From Candidatus Hydrogenedentota bacterium (GTDB lineage: Bacteria > Hydrogenedentota > Hydrogenedentia > Hydrogenedentales > SLHB01), in contig BTWA01000027.1 of assembly GCA_045863295.1 (NCBI GenBank), forward strand, positions 25,025 to 89,024: a DNA stretch of 64,000 bases, written 5' to 3'. The notes beneath the pieces were generated by a model that made no database searches, was not told the DNA's origin, and was given only the letters and a program-made list of their open reading frames with translations. Positions 10,421 to 21,186 of this stretch are shown here, in pieces (position 1 is the stretch's first letter; each line of letters opens with the position of its first letter). The translations under genes and the position numbers were made by a program.

Positions 10421-12643
10421 TCATTTCCCGATGGAAGGGCGAGCCGGCCCCGCATAGGGTTCGGCCCCCAAGTGCAGATTACGAGACTCCACGTGTACCA
10501 AAGCGGGATCAGTTTCGCGCGGCGCCTTGATGAATCCGTGGTAACGCCCCATCCAATAGGCGTCCAAAAATCCGGACGGATCGACCACCTCCTGGCCGGA
10601 ACCGCCGTCGGGTTGCACTGTACCGTCCGTCCAACGCATGCCCCCTCGTTCTCGCGGAGAGAACGCCCGCACACCTCCCGCATACGCAATATAGTCCTCA
10701 ATGGGGTGGATGTCCGCGCGATGGGAATTGTGGAATGGATGCGCCACCATGTCCAATGGCCATTCCCGCATATGCCGCACCGCCTGCAACGATTCACAGT
10801 CGTTGCCTGTTATGGCTCCGTAGATAAAATTGAACCAGGGATTGGATTCGATTCGCTCGATTTCCCAACTGCGCTCCAAGCTCCTGCGGTATATCGATCG
10901 AAGAACAGGGTCGGTTTCGTATTTCAGCATCGTGTAGTACAAATAAAATGCCATGCGATCGTCAGAGTGATTCACGAATCCCGGATGAAAGATCAGCTTC
11001 AGCCGTAACACATCCGGTAAATAGCCCCGTGTCTGATACTGCTTGTAGGCATCCTCGAACTTGGGATCGCCTGTTAATGTCGCTGCCGTGCGAAGGTAGG
11101 TCAACGCTTCGAACCCGTTTAGCCCACGCGCATAGAATCCGAGTGGCGTGTCGAGGTATGCCGGGTCCCATCGCCCCCAACGCGTAGGCAGGCCATCCAC
11201 GTCTCGCAGTACAAAACCGTTGTCAACAAGATGGCTGACAATCCTGTGGATATGCTCTTTTGCATGCGTCTTGTAGTTTTCATCGGCCACCAGATCGTGA
11301 AAGATAGCCGCCGCATAGATGTGAGCGTCGGTTTCGTCGCTGGATGTATCTCCCTTCCATTCAAACTGTCCATCTTCGGAAAGGTGCCATTCTGCAGGCA
11401 ATCCACCCGATCCATGCATTGCTTTGTGGCCCTTTTCGCCTACCGCCCAAATGGATCGTGCGGGAAATCCGTCTATGGACGTAATTTCCTCGCTCCACTT
11501 CATCGCCTCGAATGCATCAATTGCCTTGGCCTTGGCGTCTTTGTCTCCTGTTACCGCATACTTAAAACACATGGCCGCCAAATAGTGCGTACTCCAACCG
11601 ACGTCGTTGTCGCTGATCTCGCGCATCCACTGATTCGATTCCCGGTCCCATTCGAGCTTGTGCGTGAACCCGAGGCGGTATTGTCCCCATTCGGTCAGGT
11701 GCCGTTCGTAGAACAGTGCCTTCTTTTGCAGCGTATAAGGCACGTAGTCGATGATACCGAGGCCGCCATCGGTCGCGATGTAAACGGATTGGCCCATCGA
11801 GGCCACCGCATTTACCGAATTTCCGGGCAGCCAGCGTGGACCGGCGAAGTAGTGATATTCACCGTTGGTGATGCGCACGGCTCCCCAATGAGTGCCAACC
11901 CAGGTGTCGCCGTCGAACCCAGGTGCAAGACATCGGGTGTCTTCGTAAGGAAGACCATCCTCGCCTCGGATTGAGGAAATCGCCATGCCGCGCAGTACGC
12001 CCAAGCCTTGATCGGTTGCAAAGAAGAGTTTGCTTCCTCGGACAAGAATGTCCCGGATCTGCGTACCGGGAAGACGTTCGCCCCAATCAGCTACGTTCGA
12101 AAAATCGTAATTGGCGCCGGTCCAAATCCCGATGCGATCGCCGAAGGTGCAGTAGATGGATTCCGCATAAGATTCCACGTGATCCGCGCCGCCCCGGGAG
12201 TCCGTGATCGGGACTGGAGTTTCAGCATCTACCCGCACAAGGCCGGTCGAAGTTGCCGCAATTATTTGACCGAGGTGATCGCACAGGTCGGTCACCCCAC
12301 CCTCCAATACCAGTTGCCACTTTATTCCGTCGTAGCGCTGCAAGCCAACATTGGACAGTACCCAAAGCGCATCTCCAAGTGCTTTTATTCCGGTAATGGG
12401 CCCCTGTGCGCCGGAGAGCTCTTCCAAGGTTTCGCCGTTGACTACGTATATCGTCTTGGCATCTGAGGCATATACACGATTGCCAAAGACAGCTACACCG
12501 GTAAGCGGTACCTCGGTCTTAACCTGTCGCCCGGTCTCCTGCAGATACACGTCGTCGTCAATCGGTGACCACAATGGGGCGGCACTGGCAAATTCGCTGG
12601 AAATGCAGACAGCCATCATCGCGAGCGGCAAAGGGAATTTCAT
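10421..12643 (-). CDS. Secreted hypothetical protein: beta-propeller N-half plus helical C-half
   Basis: GGAG RBS and signal peptide (MKFPLPLAMMAVC..ASA); propeller repeats; 'WKGDTSSDE' motif. Confidence 0.7.
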   Translation of the reverse strand: MKFPLPLAMMAVCISSEFASAAPLWSPIDDDVYLQETGRQVKTEVPLTGVAVFGNRVYASDAKTIYVVNGETLEELSGAQGPITGIKALGDALWVLSNVGLQRYDGIKWQLVLEGGVTDLCDHLGQIIAATSTGLVRVDAETPVPITDSRGGADHVESYAESIYCTFGDRIGIWTGANYDFSNVADWGERLPGTQIRDILVRGSKLFFATDQGLGVLRGMAISSIRGEDGLPYEDTRCLAPGFDGDTWVGTHWGAVRITNGEYHYFAGPRWLPGNSVNAVASMGQSVYIATDGGLGIIDYVPYTLQKKALFYERHLTEWGQYRLGFTHKLEWDRESNQWMREISDNDVGWSTHYLAAMCFKYAVTGDKDAKAKAIDAFEAMKWSEEITSIDGFPARSIWAVGEKGHKAMHGSGGLPAEWHLSEDGQFEWKGDTSSDETDAHIYAAAIFHDLVADENYKTHAKEHIHRIVSHLVDNGFVLRDVDGLPTRWGRWDPAYLDTPLGFYARGLNGFEALTYLRTAATLTGDPKFEDAYKQYQTRGYLPDVLRLKLIFHPGFVNHSDDRMAFYLYYTMLKYETDPVLRSIYRRSLERSWEIERIESNPWFNFIYGAITGNDCESLQAVRHMREWPLDMVAHPFHNSHRADIHPIEDYIAYAGGVRAFSPRERGGMRWTDGTVQPDGGSGQEVVDPSGFLDAYWMGRYHGFIKAPRETDPALVHVESRNLHLGAEPYAGPARPSIGK

Positions 12644-12818
12644 GTTGGCTTTGGTCTCCAAACGTGTGTGTTCAAGGCAAGACCGGGGACCGGTACGCTC
12701 AATCGCCCGGTGCGGAATACTGCCAGCAGCGAGGCGTGGAAGTCCATTACGAGGTTGATTGCCAATAGCAGAATTCTGTAGCATCGCCGCAGTGCGTGGA
12801 AAGGCAGTGTGAAGTCCA

Positions 12819-13697
12819 ATGCAGGTCACCTCCGGATACATTGGCTCGTTTTCAAAGCCGTTAATTCAGAATGTTTCATGGCGGCATGCCATGAATTTCG
12901 CGGCGGCCGTGGGTGACCTTAATCCCGTCTACTTTAATGATGAAGCAGAAGCCGGGATCGTCGCCCCGCCACTCATCGCGGTTTCGCTTACCTGGCCGTT
13001 TGGCATTGATGCCGATCAGTATTGGGATGCGGAACGTTTTCCGTTGCATTTGCTCATCCACCAGGTGCACTACACTGAAACGTTAGAGTTCTACCGGCTC
13101 ATGCGCCCCGGAGACCAGCTGACCTTGACAGCGCAGGTCATTGCCATGAAGCCTCACCGTGCGGGCACCCACGTGTACATCACCACAACCGCGGTGGACG
13201 AGCACGGATTGATGGTTTTCAAGGAAACGGCCGGCACGCTCCTGAGAAATGTAACGTGTCTTGACAGCGGAGGAGGGGAGGAGAACGTTCCGTTGGTGCC
13301 CAAGTTATCGGGCAAAAGCGACCCGGTATGGGAGGGTACGTTCCTTGTCAGCCCCGTTGCAGCGCACATCTACGATGGCGCGGCGGATATCCACAATCCT
13401 ATTCACACGTCCGTCAAATTCGCCAAGGCCGTAGGGCTGCCCGGTACGATTGTCCATGGGACGTATACTTTGGCCGTTGCCGCAAGGGAAGTCGTTAATC
13501 GAATGGCCGATGGTGACCCCGGCCGCCTCAAGTCGCTCAGTTGCCGGTTTACGGGCATGGTGCTGCCCGGCACCGAAATTGTCGTTCGTATTCGCGGAAC
13601 CGAACCGGCGGATACCGGAGACAACGTCTATTTCGAAGTAATCAACGCAGAAGGACGAAAGGCCATTAGCTACGGCCATGCATTCATCGCGCATTGA
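12819..13697 (+). CDS. MaoC-family double hot-dog dehydratase
   Basis: GDLNPVY and DIHNPIH..AKAVGLPGTIVHG hydratase motifs. Confidence 0.85.
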   Translation: MQVTSGYIGSFSKPLIQNVSWRHAMNFAAAVGDLNPVYFNDEAEAGIVAPPLIAVSLTWPFGIDADQYWDAERFPLHLLIHQVHYTETLEFYRLMRPGDQLTLTAQVIAMKPHRAGTHVYITTTAVDEHGLMVFKETAGTLLRNVTCLDSGGGEENVPLVPKLSGKSDPVWEGTFLVSPVAAHIYDGAADIHNPIHTSVKFAKAVGLPGTIVHGTYTLAVAAREVVNRMADGDPGRLKSLSCRFTGMVLPGTEIVVRIRGTEPADTGDNVYFEVINAEGRKAISYGHAFIAH

Positions 13698-13704
13698 GCG
13701 CGAC

Positions 13705-16339
13705 GGTAAGAATTGCTACCAGGCCATGATCGATTACACTTTCCACGCGGAGTTTCAACGCGGGTTTCCGTTGCGGATTGCCTACCAGGCCATGATCGAT
13801 TACACTCGACGGCCGCAGCACTCGCGCAGAAGGCGGTTGCGGATTGCCTACCAGGCCATGATCGATTACACTCGCAGCGGCGGGTTTCCTCCTGATGCCC
13901 AGGTTGCGGATTGCCTACCAGGCCATGATCGATTACACTCGAGTGTCGGGCATAGGCGCGTCACTCTCTGTTGCGGATTGCCTACCAGGCCATGATCGAT
14001 TACACTGTCCAACGCACACACCCATCCTCATACCGGTTGCGGATTGCCTACCAGGCCATGATCGATTACACTGGCCTGTATCGAAGCGTCGGAACTCTCC
14101 GAGTTGCGGATTGCCTACCAGGCCATGATCGATTACACTTAATGCCGTGGAGGATATGATGCGGATTGCGTTGCGGATTGCCTACCAGGCCATGATCGAT
14201 TACACTTTGTCCAGACTGCCCACTTCGTAATCATCGTTGCGGATTGCCTACCAGGCCATGATCGATTACACTCGGAAAGCGAAGAGTGCGAAGAGTCCCG
14301 CGTTGCGGATTGCCTACCAGGCCATGATCGATTACACTTTCCACGTGGAACCACGCCTTGTGGCATCAGTTGCGGATTGCCTACCAGGCCATGATCGATT
14401 ACACTTAACTGTCCGTGGCATTGTCAAAGCCAAGTGTTGCGGATTGCCTACCAGGCCATGATCGATTACACTCGGCAATGCGTTGGGCTTTTCCGAACGT
14501 AGTTGCGGATTGCCTTCCAGGCCATGATCGATTACACTGTCGCCCGTCCAGTGACACGGTGCGTCAGTGTTGCGGATTGCCTACCAGGCCATGATCGATT
14601 ACACTCATCGTCGCGTGCGCGTTCGATAACGAAGGGTTGCGGATTGCCTACCAGGCCATGATCGATTACACTCTCGCGGCCTAATTCCGTGTCAGCCGAT
14701 TGTTGCGGATTGCCTACCAGGCCATGATCGATTACACTATTCCCGTTTCGACGATCACCGCTATTTACGTTGCGGATTGCCTACCAGGCCATGATCGATT
14801 ACACTTCTCCGCCCCATTGGTTCAGCATGGACTCTGTTGCGGATTGCCTACCAGGCCATGATCGATTACACTTGTCGGGAACGCTCGCATCCGACGGGCA
14901 CGGTTGCGGATTGCCTACCAGGCCATGATCGATTACACTATATATTCTGAGACTGTTTGGTTGTTCGGGTTGCGGATTGCCTACCAGGCCATGATCGATT
15001 ACACTCAAACCGTTTGGTTCAAACGGCGCTGGACGTTGCGGATTGCCTACCAGGCCATGATCGATTACACTCGGTAGACTTGCCGGAACCGAATGGTCCC
15101 CGTTGCGGATTGCCTACCAGGCCATGATCGATTACACTGTCCGCATAAGGAGAAAGTCATGAACATCGGTTGCGGATTGCCTACCAGGCCATGATCGATT
15201 ACACTCACGTCTCCGGCCTCATCATGGAATTTACGGTTGCGGATTGCCTACCAGGCCATGATCGATTACACTCGCATTCCGCACGGGCGATTGATTGAAT
15301 CGGTTGCGGATTGCCTACCAGGCCATGATCGATTACACTCAGGTCAACGCGATGATGTCGGTATAGCTGTTGCGGATTGCCTACCAGGCCATGATCGATT
15401 ACACTCGCCCTTACCAACTACCATCGAAACATGCTGTTGCGGATTGCCTACCAGGCCATGATCGATTACACTCGTTCAATAGACGCCAACGTAGGGCCCT
15501 AGTTGCGGATTGCCTACCAGGCCATGATCGATTACACTGTCTCCGTACAAATACATACGAGATTGCCGGTTGCGGATTGCCTACCAGGCCATGATCGATT
15601 ACACTTACAGGAGGAGTCCGACCGCGAGTTCGCGCGTTGCGGATTGCCTACCAGGCCATGATCGATTACACTCGATGTGGCGATGGATGCGTGGGTAATT
15701 GCGTTGCGGATTGCCTACCAGGCCATGATCGATTACACTTTTGCAGGATTAGTCCAACCAGTATCTATAGTTGCGGATTGCCTACCAGGCCATGATCGAT
15801 TACACTTGACTCGTGCTCAAGCACGTAAAGGCCATAGTTGCGGATTGCCTACCAGGCCATGATCGATTACACTATCAACCCGCGCTGCCGTGGGCGAACT
15901 GAGTTGCGGATTGCCTACCAGGCCATGATCGATTACACTCTTCCGGGTGCGTAACGACTACCCCGGGTTGTTGCGGATTGCCTACCAGGCCATGATCGAT
16001 TACACTCTCACACTCCCGCTGTTCGCGAAATTGGCGTTGCGGATTGCCTACCAGGCCATGATCGATTACACTCCAATCCATCATCTTCTTGGTCCCGTCC
16101 GTGTTGCGGATTGCCTACCAGGCCATGATCGATTACACTCATGGGGCCGGACGGAACAGGGAGATGGAAGTTGCGGATTGCCTACCAGGCCATGATCGAT
16201 TACACTTGTGCTCCGTCGTGAACACCACGGCGTCTGTTGCGGATTGCCTACCAGGCCATGATCGATTACACTGATGACGAGGTCAGGGAGTTACAAGCAT
16301 GAGTTGCGGATTGCCTACCAGGCCATGATCGATTACACT
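13705..16339 (+). CRISPR. Type II-C CRISPR array: 40 repeats (first degenerate), 39 spacers of 29-30 nt; repeat GTTGCGGATTGCCTACCAGGCCATGATCGATTACACT (37 nt including invariant terminal T)
   Basis: Direct repeats every 66-67 nt from 13770 to 16303; degenerate copy 13705-13740; one variant (A>T at 14516); + orientation inferred from tracrRNA complementarity. Confidence 0.98.
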
Positions 16340-16386
16340 ACGTGCTTGGTAAACATCTTATCCGCAAGGGGTTATGGGCGATCCGG

Positions 16387-16716
16387 CTAGAAGAATTCGA
16401 GCTGGGCTGGCGGTTCCTCTGGTGGTTTTCGGCGTTTTCCCCAGAAAACGCGCATGCGCTCAAACTGTTTTTCCGTGATGACGATAAGCCGAACCTCGCC
16501 ATCCGGGGGAAGCGATTTTTCGACACGCTTGACGTGTACATCCACATTCTCCTGACTGGGGCAGTGCCGGATATAGACCGAATACTGCATTTGCGCGAAC
16601 CCATCTTTCAACAGGCTCGTACGGAAGCGCGTGTACTCGCGCCGCGCATCCTTGGTATCCGTGGGCAAATCGAACATGGCCACTATCCACATGAAACGGT
16701 ACTTGCTAAGCTCCAT
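16387..16716 (-). CDS. cas2: CRISPR-associated endonuclease Cas2
   Basis: MWIVAMFDLP, FRTSLLKDGFAQMQYSVY, ITEKQF; between cas1 and the array. Confidence 0.95.
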   Translation of the reverse strand: MELSKYRFMWIVAMFDLPTDTKDARREYTRFRTSLLKDGFAQMQYSVYIRHCPSQENVDVHVKRVEKSLPPDGEVRLIVITEKQFERMRVFWGKRRKPPEEPPAQLEFF

Positions 16717-16722
16717 GGCCGT

Positions 16723-17625
16723 CTAATCCATGCTGGACTCCGGGATCCAAAGGTTCGAATCGCTGCCCTGAATACACCTGACCAGTGAATACGCCATTTT
16801 CTGGACGCCGTTCATCATGGGACATGTATCGCCCTCGAAAACAACCGTGCCGTGGAGGAGGCCAAGCAGTTCACTCTTCGCCTTCGGTTGAATCGTGCCG
16901 ATACCGGCCTCATCCAATTTGCGTACTGCCGCATCAACCATGGGGCGCAACGGCTCGACCAAATCATCAGCGAGGCAAAAGGCATTGGACCGATTGCAGT
17001 GGTGAATGCCGAGCGCGGTGTTGAGTCCCGCGCCCACAAGGGCGCGCGCCACACTCGCCCTCATAAGGGCATAGCCATAATTCAGCAGCGCGTTGATGCC
17101 GTCCCCATCGGGATCGCGGCGAAACGCGCGGCCCTCGCCAAGCCAATTGGCCCAGTACAGCTTCGCCGCCTGCGCTTCCATGTTTGAGGGATCCCCGGAC
17201 CGCACAGTACGGCTCATCTCCATCAACCTGCGGCGAGCCGGCGTATCGCCCCCAAGATTGCCGGCCTGCGCCCGAATCTTCGCGACCACCAATTGCCGCC
17301 ATAGGCTCTTTCGTACGGGTTTAGACAAGGCAATCTGATCATGAATGCGGGACACCACTTCGAGATGGTCTGAGAGAGGCAAAACCATGCCCACCGGCAG
17401 ATGATTCCCGCCACACAACACGACAACGGTACCATGTTTCATCAACGTTGCCAGACCATGATGCGAATACGTCACTTGCCTTTGATCGACAACGAGGGCG
17501 CCCAAATCCTCGCAGGGAATTGAAACAGGCGGCCCCTCTCGCTCAGGAAACCGCAATTCAAGCTGGTCCAATGTTGCACTGATGTACGCAGGGGCATTCG
17601 AAACCTCGACAACGCGTTTAATCAT
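16723..17625 (-). CDS. cas1: Type II CRISPR-associated endonuclease Cas1 (300 aa)
   Basis: IPCEDLG, EAQAAKLYW, NALLNYGY, LGIHH..NAFCLADDLVEPLRP; start MIKRVV overlaps the cas9 stop. Confidence 0.95.
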   Translation of the reverse strand: MIKRVVEVSNAPAYISATLDQLELRFPEREGPPVSIPCEDLGALVVDQRQVTYSHHGLATLMKHGTVVVLCGGNHLPVGMVLPLSDHLEVVSRIHDQIALSKPVRKSLWRQLVVAKIRAQAGNLGGDTPARRRLMEMSRTVRSGDPSNMEAQAAKLYWANWLGEGRAFRRDPDGDGINALLNYGYALMRASVARALVGAGLNTALGIHHCNRSNAFCLADDLVEPLRPMVDAAVRKLDEAGIGTIQPKAKSELLGLLHGTVVFEGDTCPMMNGVQKMAYSLVRCIQGSDSNLWIPESSMD

Positions 17626-20600
17626 GCTCAACCCTGATAACTGCGCCCAGCGGACTGACGCGCACCTTATAGGGGCCTTCAGACGCAGTCGGACCGCAGT
17701 TGGCCAGGTCAGCGGGCGATACAGACCAACGTTCCTGGTCTGCGGCACTGCGTGCATCCCAGTCCGGCGCCAGGACAATACTGATGCTCTTGCCATCGAG
17801 TTCAAGCTTTTTTACAACAAAATACCCAGTTTCGCTGCCTTGCTTAGGTCTTGCATGGATCATTTCCCCTTCAGCGAGCGACATAACAAACTGCAACTTG
17901 TCGCCATGATTCTTTTGAATAAGCAACGTATTCGCCGATTCGTCCACTCCTTTAAGGCGCTGGATTGCTTCATACATGCTTACACATCTGCCTGACCACC
18001 TTCCGTTGGAACGGTTCCGAAGTATTTCGACATGATGATTATTGCCCCCTATGTAAACACGCCTGGGCTTTCCGCGGGACTGAATTACAACGGGGTTCTT
18101 GATTGTGCGCAAGACTTTCACTGCAGTTATCGGCACCCCGCTCGGCATCCGAAAGGCACCCGACTCCAACAGGCGTTGTACATCCTTTGGGGAGAATTCA
18201 TCCGCGGAAAGATGGTTCGCCTGCATAATCTCACGCAGTATGCGCCGCATTTCCAAATCGCGAACCAACCCTCCCTTTCCTAGGGGCGGGTCCATAAGCA
18301 CAGTGCATCCATTATCATTCTCGATTGGAACGGGCATGCGGAGCATCTTTGGGGTCAGCTTTACGAGGGGGAGACGAGTCACAAACACCTTGGCTTCCAT
18401 ATCGACCGTTCCATACAAAGTCTCTTCATGCAATGCGCCGACAAGGCGGCGTTTCACAGGTCGGTGACATATGACCAGCCCCCGTGTTTCATTGTCACCG
18501 AAAACATGGCCCATGACTTGGGCGCGGAACGTCTCCAAACTCGTCCACGGTTTAGGAACCGGCAATGTATCGCGCTTTTGCCGCTCACCTGTCCGTTTGT
18601 AGGTCTCCTCCTGGCGTGAAGCAATATCGGCCAACTCTTTCACGATAGCGGGACCACTTAACGCGATCACGACGGCATCAATCGCGTGATGGTAATGATT
18701 CGCCCGGGTCTTCGATGCCGGCTTCGCACCGTCCTCCGATGGCGCGGCGACTTCATGATAAAGTTGCCAATCTGCGCGCAAAATTGCCGTGTACCGCCCC
18801 TTCGTGAATAGAATCTGCCGCCGGTTGCGGGGCGCATCGTGAAAGAGGGCCTCTTGAAGGTAGGCGCTCACTTCTCGCGCGGCATAGGACGTGTCCGACA
18901 ACTGAGATTCGCGCCAAGCAGCTACATCCGCCTCTTTGACATCTCTGTCTAGATTATCCCTCTTGCGCTTGAAATCCGACCGCCGAAAATAGCTGGTGTC
19001 GGATTTCGTCGGCTTGGCTAAGTGAGCAAAGCGCTGCTTAAACGTGTCAACCAACCCTTTGCGCGCTATCCACTCTTTGGCGGTCTCGTTGCCCTTGTTG
19101 CGGTTGCAATCCCTATGGCAGAGCACCCGGTTATTGAGGCCATCCTCACCGCCACGGCTCTTGGGAATTACATGGTCGACTTCAACGCCATGCCCCCGCG
19201 CAGCATCGGTGTCGGACATCTGCTGGGGGGAGTCGCAGTAGGGACAAAGCCCTTTCTGCTGGCGCCAGAGCAGAACGCGATCCTCGCCCCTGCGCCGTTG
19301 ATTCTCATTGAGATTCTCCAACTGGTAGTCTTCGGCAATTTTCTTCCTGATCTTCTCCCGTTGCCTGTTCCGCGCCAGAATCTCATTTCGCACCTTGCCG
19401 CTTTGTTTGGCCTCGCGCGCCATTTCGATCACGACCCGGTCCGGCTTACGGCCAAACCGCCGCAGATACTCATTCAAATGCCGACGCACCTCGTGAATCG
19501 CTTTGCGGACAACGGGATTGGCCAGCATGGGGGCGGGCGGCAGCACATCAGCGTGCTTTTCCATGAACCGGCGCTTGGCTTTGTTCGCGCCCCTCAGGCG
19601 CAGAAGCGCCTCGGCTTTTTGCTCGCCAACCAATTCATTCAGCAATTCAATCAAATCAGCATCAACGGTGAACGCATAGCGGGCGCGCTGTTCTGGCGTT
19701 GCGCTGCTTGCCGCATCTTTCGAGAATGCTTCGCGCGCTTCAGTAACGGAAGCCCCCAGGCGCATGTAAGGCAGTAGATTCAAGATGGCGTGCCGGGATA
19801 GACTGACTCTATTTTCCAGCTTGGGGCGTTTCTTCCATGCGTCATTAAGCTTTCCGGTGCTCTCTTCTGATAGGCCCCACCAGGCCCGGCACCCACCGGC
19901 AAGCCGCTCCCGATCTAACTTGACATCCGGATCGAACTTCTGGAGCGCCCGGTTTACGGATTCTTTGCGGCTTTCGTCGAAAGTGAACCATGTATCTTCA
20001 CCGATTGCCCCAAGTACAATTTCGCGGTAGAACCAATCGGTGTTGATCTCCCGTTCCGCATCTGAATCCGTATTCAACTCATAAAACGCGGCGACCTCGC
20101 GCCTGTTTATGCCCAAGGCCGTTCGGATTGTTTTACCGGTGGCCTTCTTCTGATTTCGGAGCGCGGCAATCACTTTCTCGCGCTCGCTGTCACTCAAGGC
20201 TCTCATTTCTTCGTCGTGCTTCCGAATACGGATATTGTTCACGTTTTCCAGAACCCGGAATTCTTGAGCGTGCATGTCAGCCATTGGGCAGCATTGATCG
20301 GTCGGCTCTAAATCACATCGGCCCATCGTTCCTGTTCGCCAATAGGACTTGCGCTGTTCAAATACAATGCCCTTGTGCCGGAAAGTGGCGTCAGGTTTGG
20401 GGTTGTCAAACTGGGTTCGAAACTCGTCGGTGAGTAATTCGGCCAGGACCCCTCCAATAGAAACCTGCTTTTGCCAGATTGCCTCAAACTCGTCCAGGAT
20501 CATCTTCCGGGTGGCGTGAAACTCGTGGCTGTCACGCCGGTTTCGAATCGAACCATGTATGGCAAATGGCTGATTTTTTCTGTTAGTAGCTGGAGTTTGC

Positions 20601-21148
20601 CTTTCCACATATAGGCGGGCCATAGTTTGGCCAAAATGTTCGTCCTGCCGCCTGACTTTTTCCAGTTTGTCGATACCAGCCTTGACGGCACCTTCTTCCT
20701 TGGACTTCCCGTCTTCCTCTTCCGCATTTTCGGCCGCTTCAGCTTCGTCCGATTCAGTGAGGATGCCAAATGCTCCTCTGCGCTGGTTCAGGTGAACCAA
20801 GAGCCGTCCAAACTCATGGGGCGTCAGCGCGCGCTGTAATGCGTCGGTCCTGAGTTCCCATGGATTTGTCCGCATCAGGTGATTGAAATCAGACTGGGTC
20901 TCTGGGAGTAGACCGTGCTCAACCAGAACCGCCCGCAGACGCTTCTTACGGCGTGCGCGCCGCTCAATAATCCTGCGCGATTGCCGCTTTGCTCTCCGCG
21001 CCTGATTCTTGGGGGCGCCGCGCTTGTTGCTGCTCTCCTCAACGCCAGCCGGGAATACACTTACACCGGCCACTATTTCCCCAGTCTCCGTATCAACCCA
21101 AGCACTGCCAACGGAGTTGCTGCCGATGTCCAAACCTATAGAAATCAT
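17618..21148 (-). CDS. cas9: Type II-C Cas9 (about 1176 aa)
   Basis: RuvC-I GLDIGSNSVG, Arg-rich bridge helix, RuvC-II IEMARE, HNH VDHVIPKS..N..N, RuvC-III HHAIDA; GGAGGC RBS before ATG 21148; no csn2 or cas4. Confidence 0.97.
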   Translation of the reverse strand: MISIGLDIGSNSVGSAWVDTETGEIVAGVSVFPAGVEESSNKRGAPKNQARRAKRQSRRIIERRARRKKRLRAVLVEHGLLPETQSDFNHLMRTNPWELRTDALQRALTPHEFGRLLVHLNQRRGAFGILTESDEAEAAENAEEEDGKSKEEGAVKAGIDKLEKVRRQDEHFGQTMARLYVERQTPATNRKNQPFAIHGSIRNRRDSHEFHATRKMILDEFEAIWQKQVSIGGVLAELLTDEFRTQFDNPKPDATFRHKGIVFEQRKSYWRTGTMGRCDLEPTDQCCPMADMHAQEFRVLENVNNIRIRKHDEEMRALSDSEREKVIAALRNQKKATGKTIRTALGINRREVAAFYELNTDSDAEREINTDWFYREIVLGAIGEDTWFTFDESRKESVNRALQKFDPDVKLDRERLAGGCRAWWGLSEESTGKLNDAWKKRPKLENRVSLSRHAILNLLPYMRLGASVTEAREAFSKDAASSATPEQRARYAFTVDADLIELLNELVGEQKAEALLRLRGANKAKRRFMEKHADVLPPAPMLANPVVRKAIHEVRRHLNEYLRRFGRKPDRVVIEMAREAKQSGKVRNEILARNRQREKIRKKIAEDYQLENLNENQRRRGEDRVLLWRQQKGLCPYCDSPQQMSDTDAARGHGVEVDHVIPKSRGGEDGLNNRVLCHRDCNRNKGNETAKEWIARKGLVDTFKQRFAHLAKPTKSDTSYFRRSDFKRKRDNLDRDVKEADVAAWRESQLSDTSYAAREVSAYLQEALFHDAPRNRRQILFTKGRYTAILRADWQLYHEVAAPSEDGAKPASKTRANHYHHAIDAVVIALSGPAIVKELADIASRQEETYKRTGERQKRDTLPVPKPWTSLETFRAQVMGHVFGDNETRGLVICHRPVKRRLVGALHEETLYGTVDMEAKVFVTRLPLVKLTPKMLRMPVPIENDNGCTVLMDPPLGKGGLVRDLEMRRILREIMQANHLSADEFSPKDVQRLLESGAFRMPSGVPITAVKVLRTIKNPVVIQSRGKPRRVYIGGNNHHVEILRNRSNGRWSGRCVSMYEAIQRLKGVDESANTLLIQKNHGDKLQFVMSLAEGEMIHARPKQGSETGYFVVKKLELDGKSISIVLAPDWDARSAADQERWSVSPADLANCGPTASEGPYKVRVSPLGAVIRVEHD

Positions 21149-21186
21149 TGCATTGCCTCCGCCCACGACGGCAATCCACTCATTTC

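Noticed and set aside
14160..14169. Spacer 7 ends with TGCGGATTGC, identical to repeat positions 3-12
   Set aside because: Single 10-nt occurrence in a spacer of normal length; plausibly chance
13678..16274. Many short ORFs with repeated RIAYQAMIDYT / VADCLPGHDRLH units
   Set aside because: They are translations of the CRISPR repeats, not genes
16360..16367. ATCCGCAA after the last repeat, complementary to the repeat 5' end (second anti-repeat?)
   Set aside because: Only 8 nt, with no tracr-like hairpins or promoter; the real tracrRNA is at 21222
17626..17805. 60-aa N-terminal extension of Cas1
   Set aside because: Overlaps the cas9 3' end; Cas1 homology begins at MIKRVV
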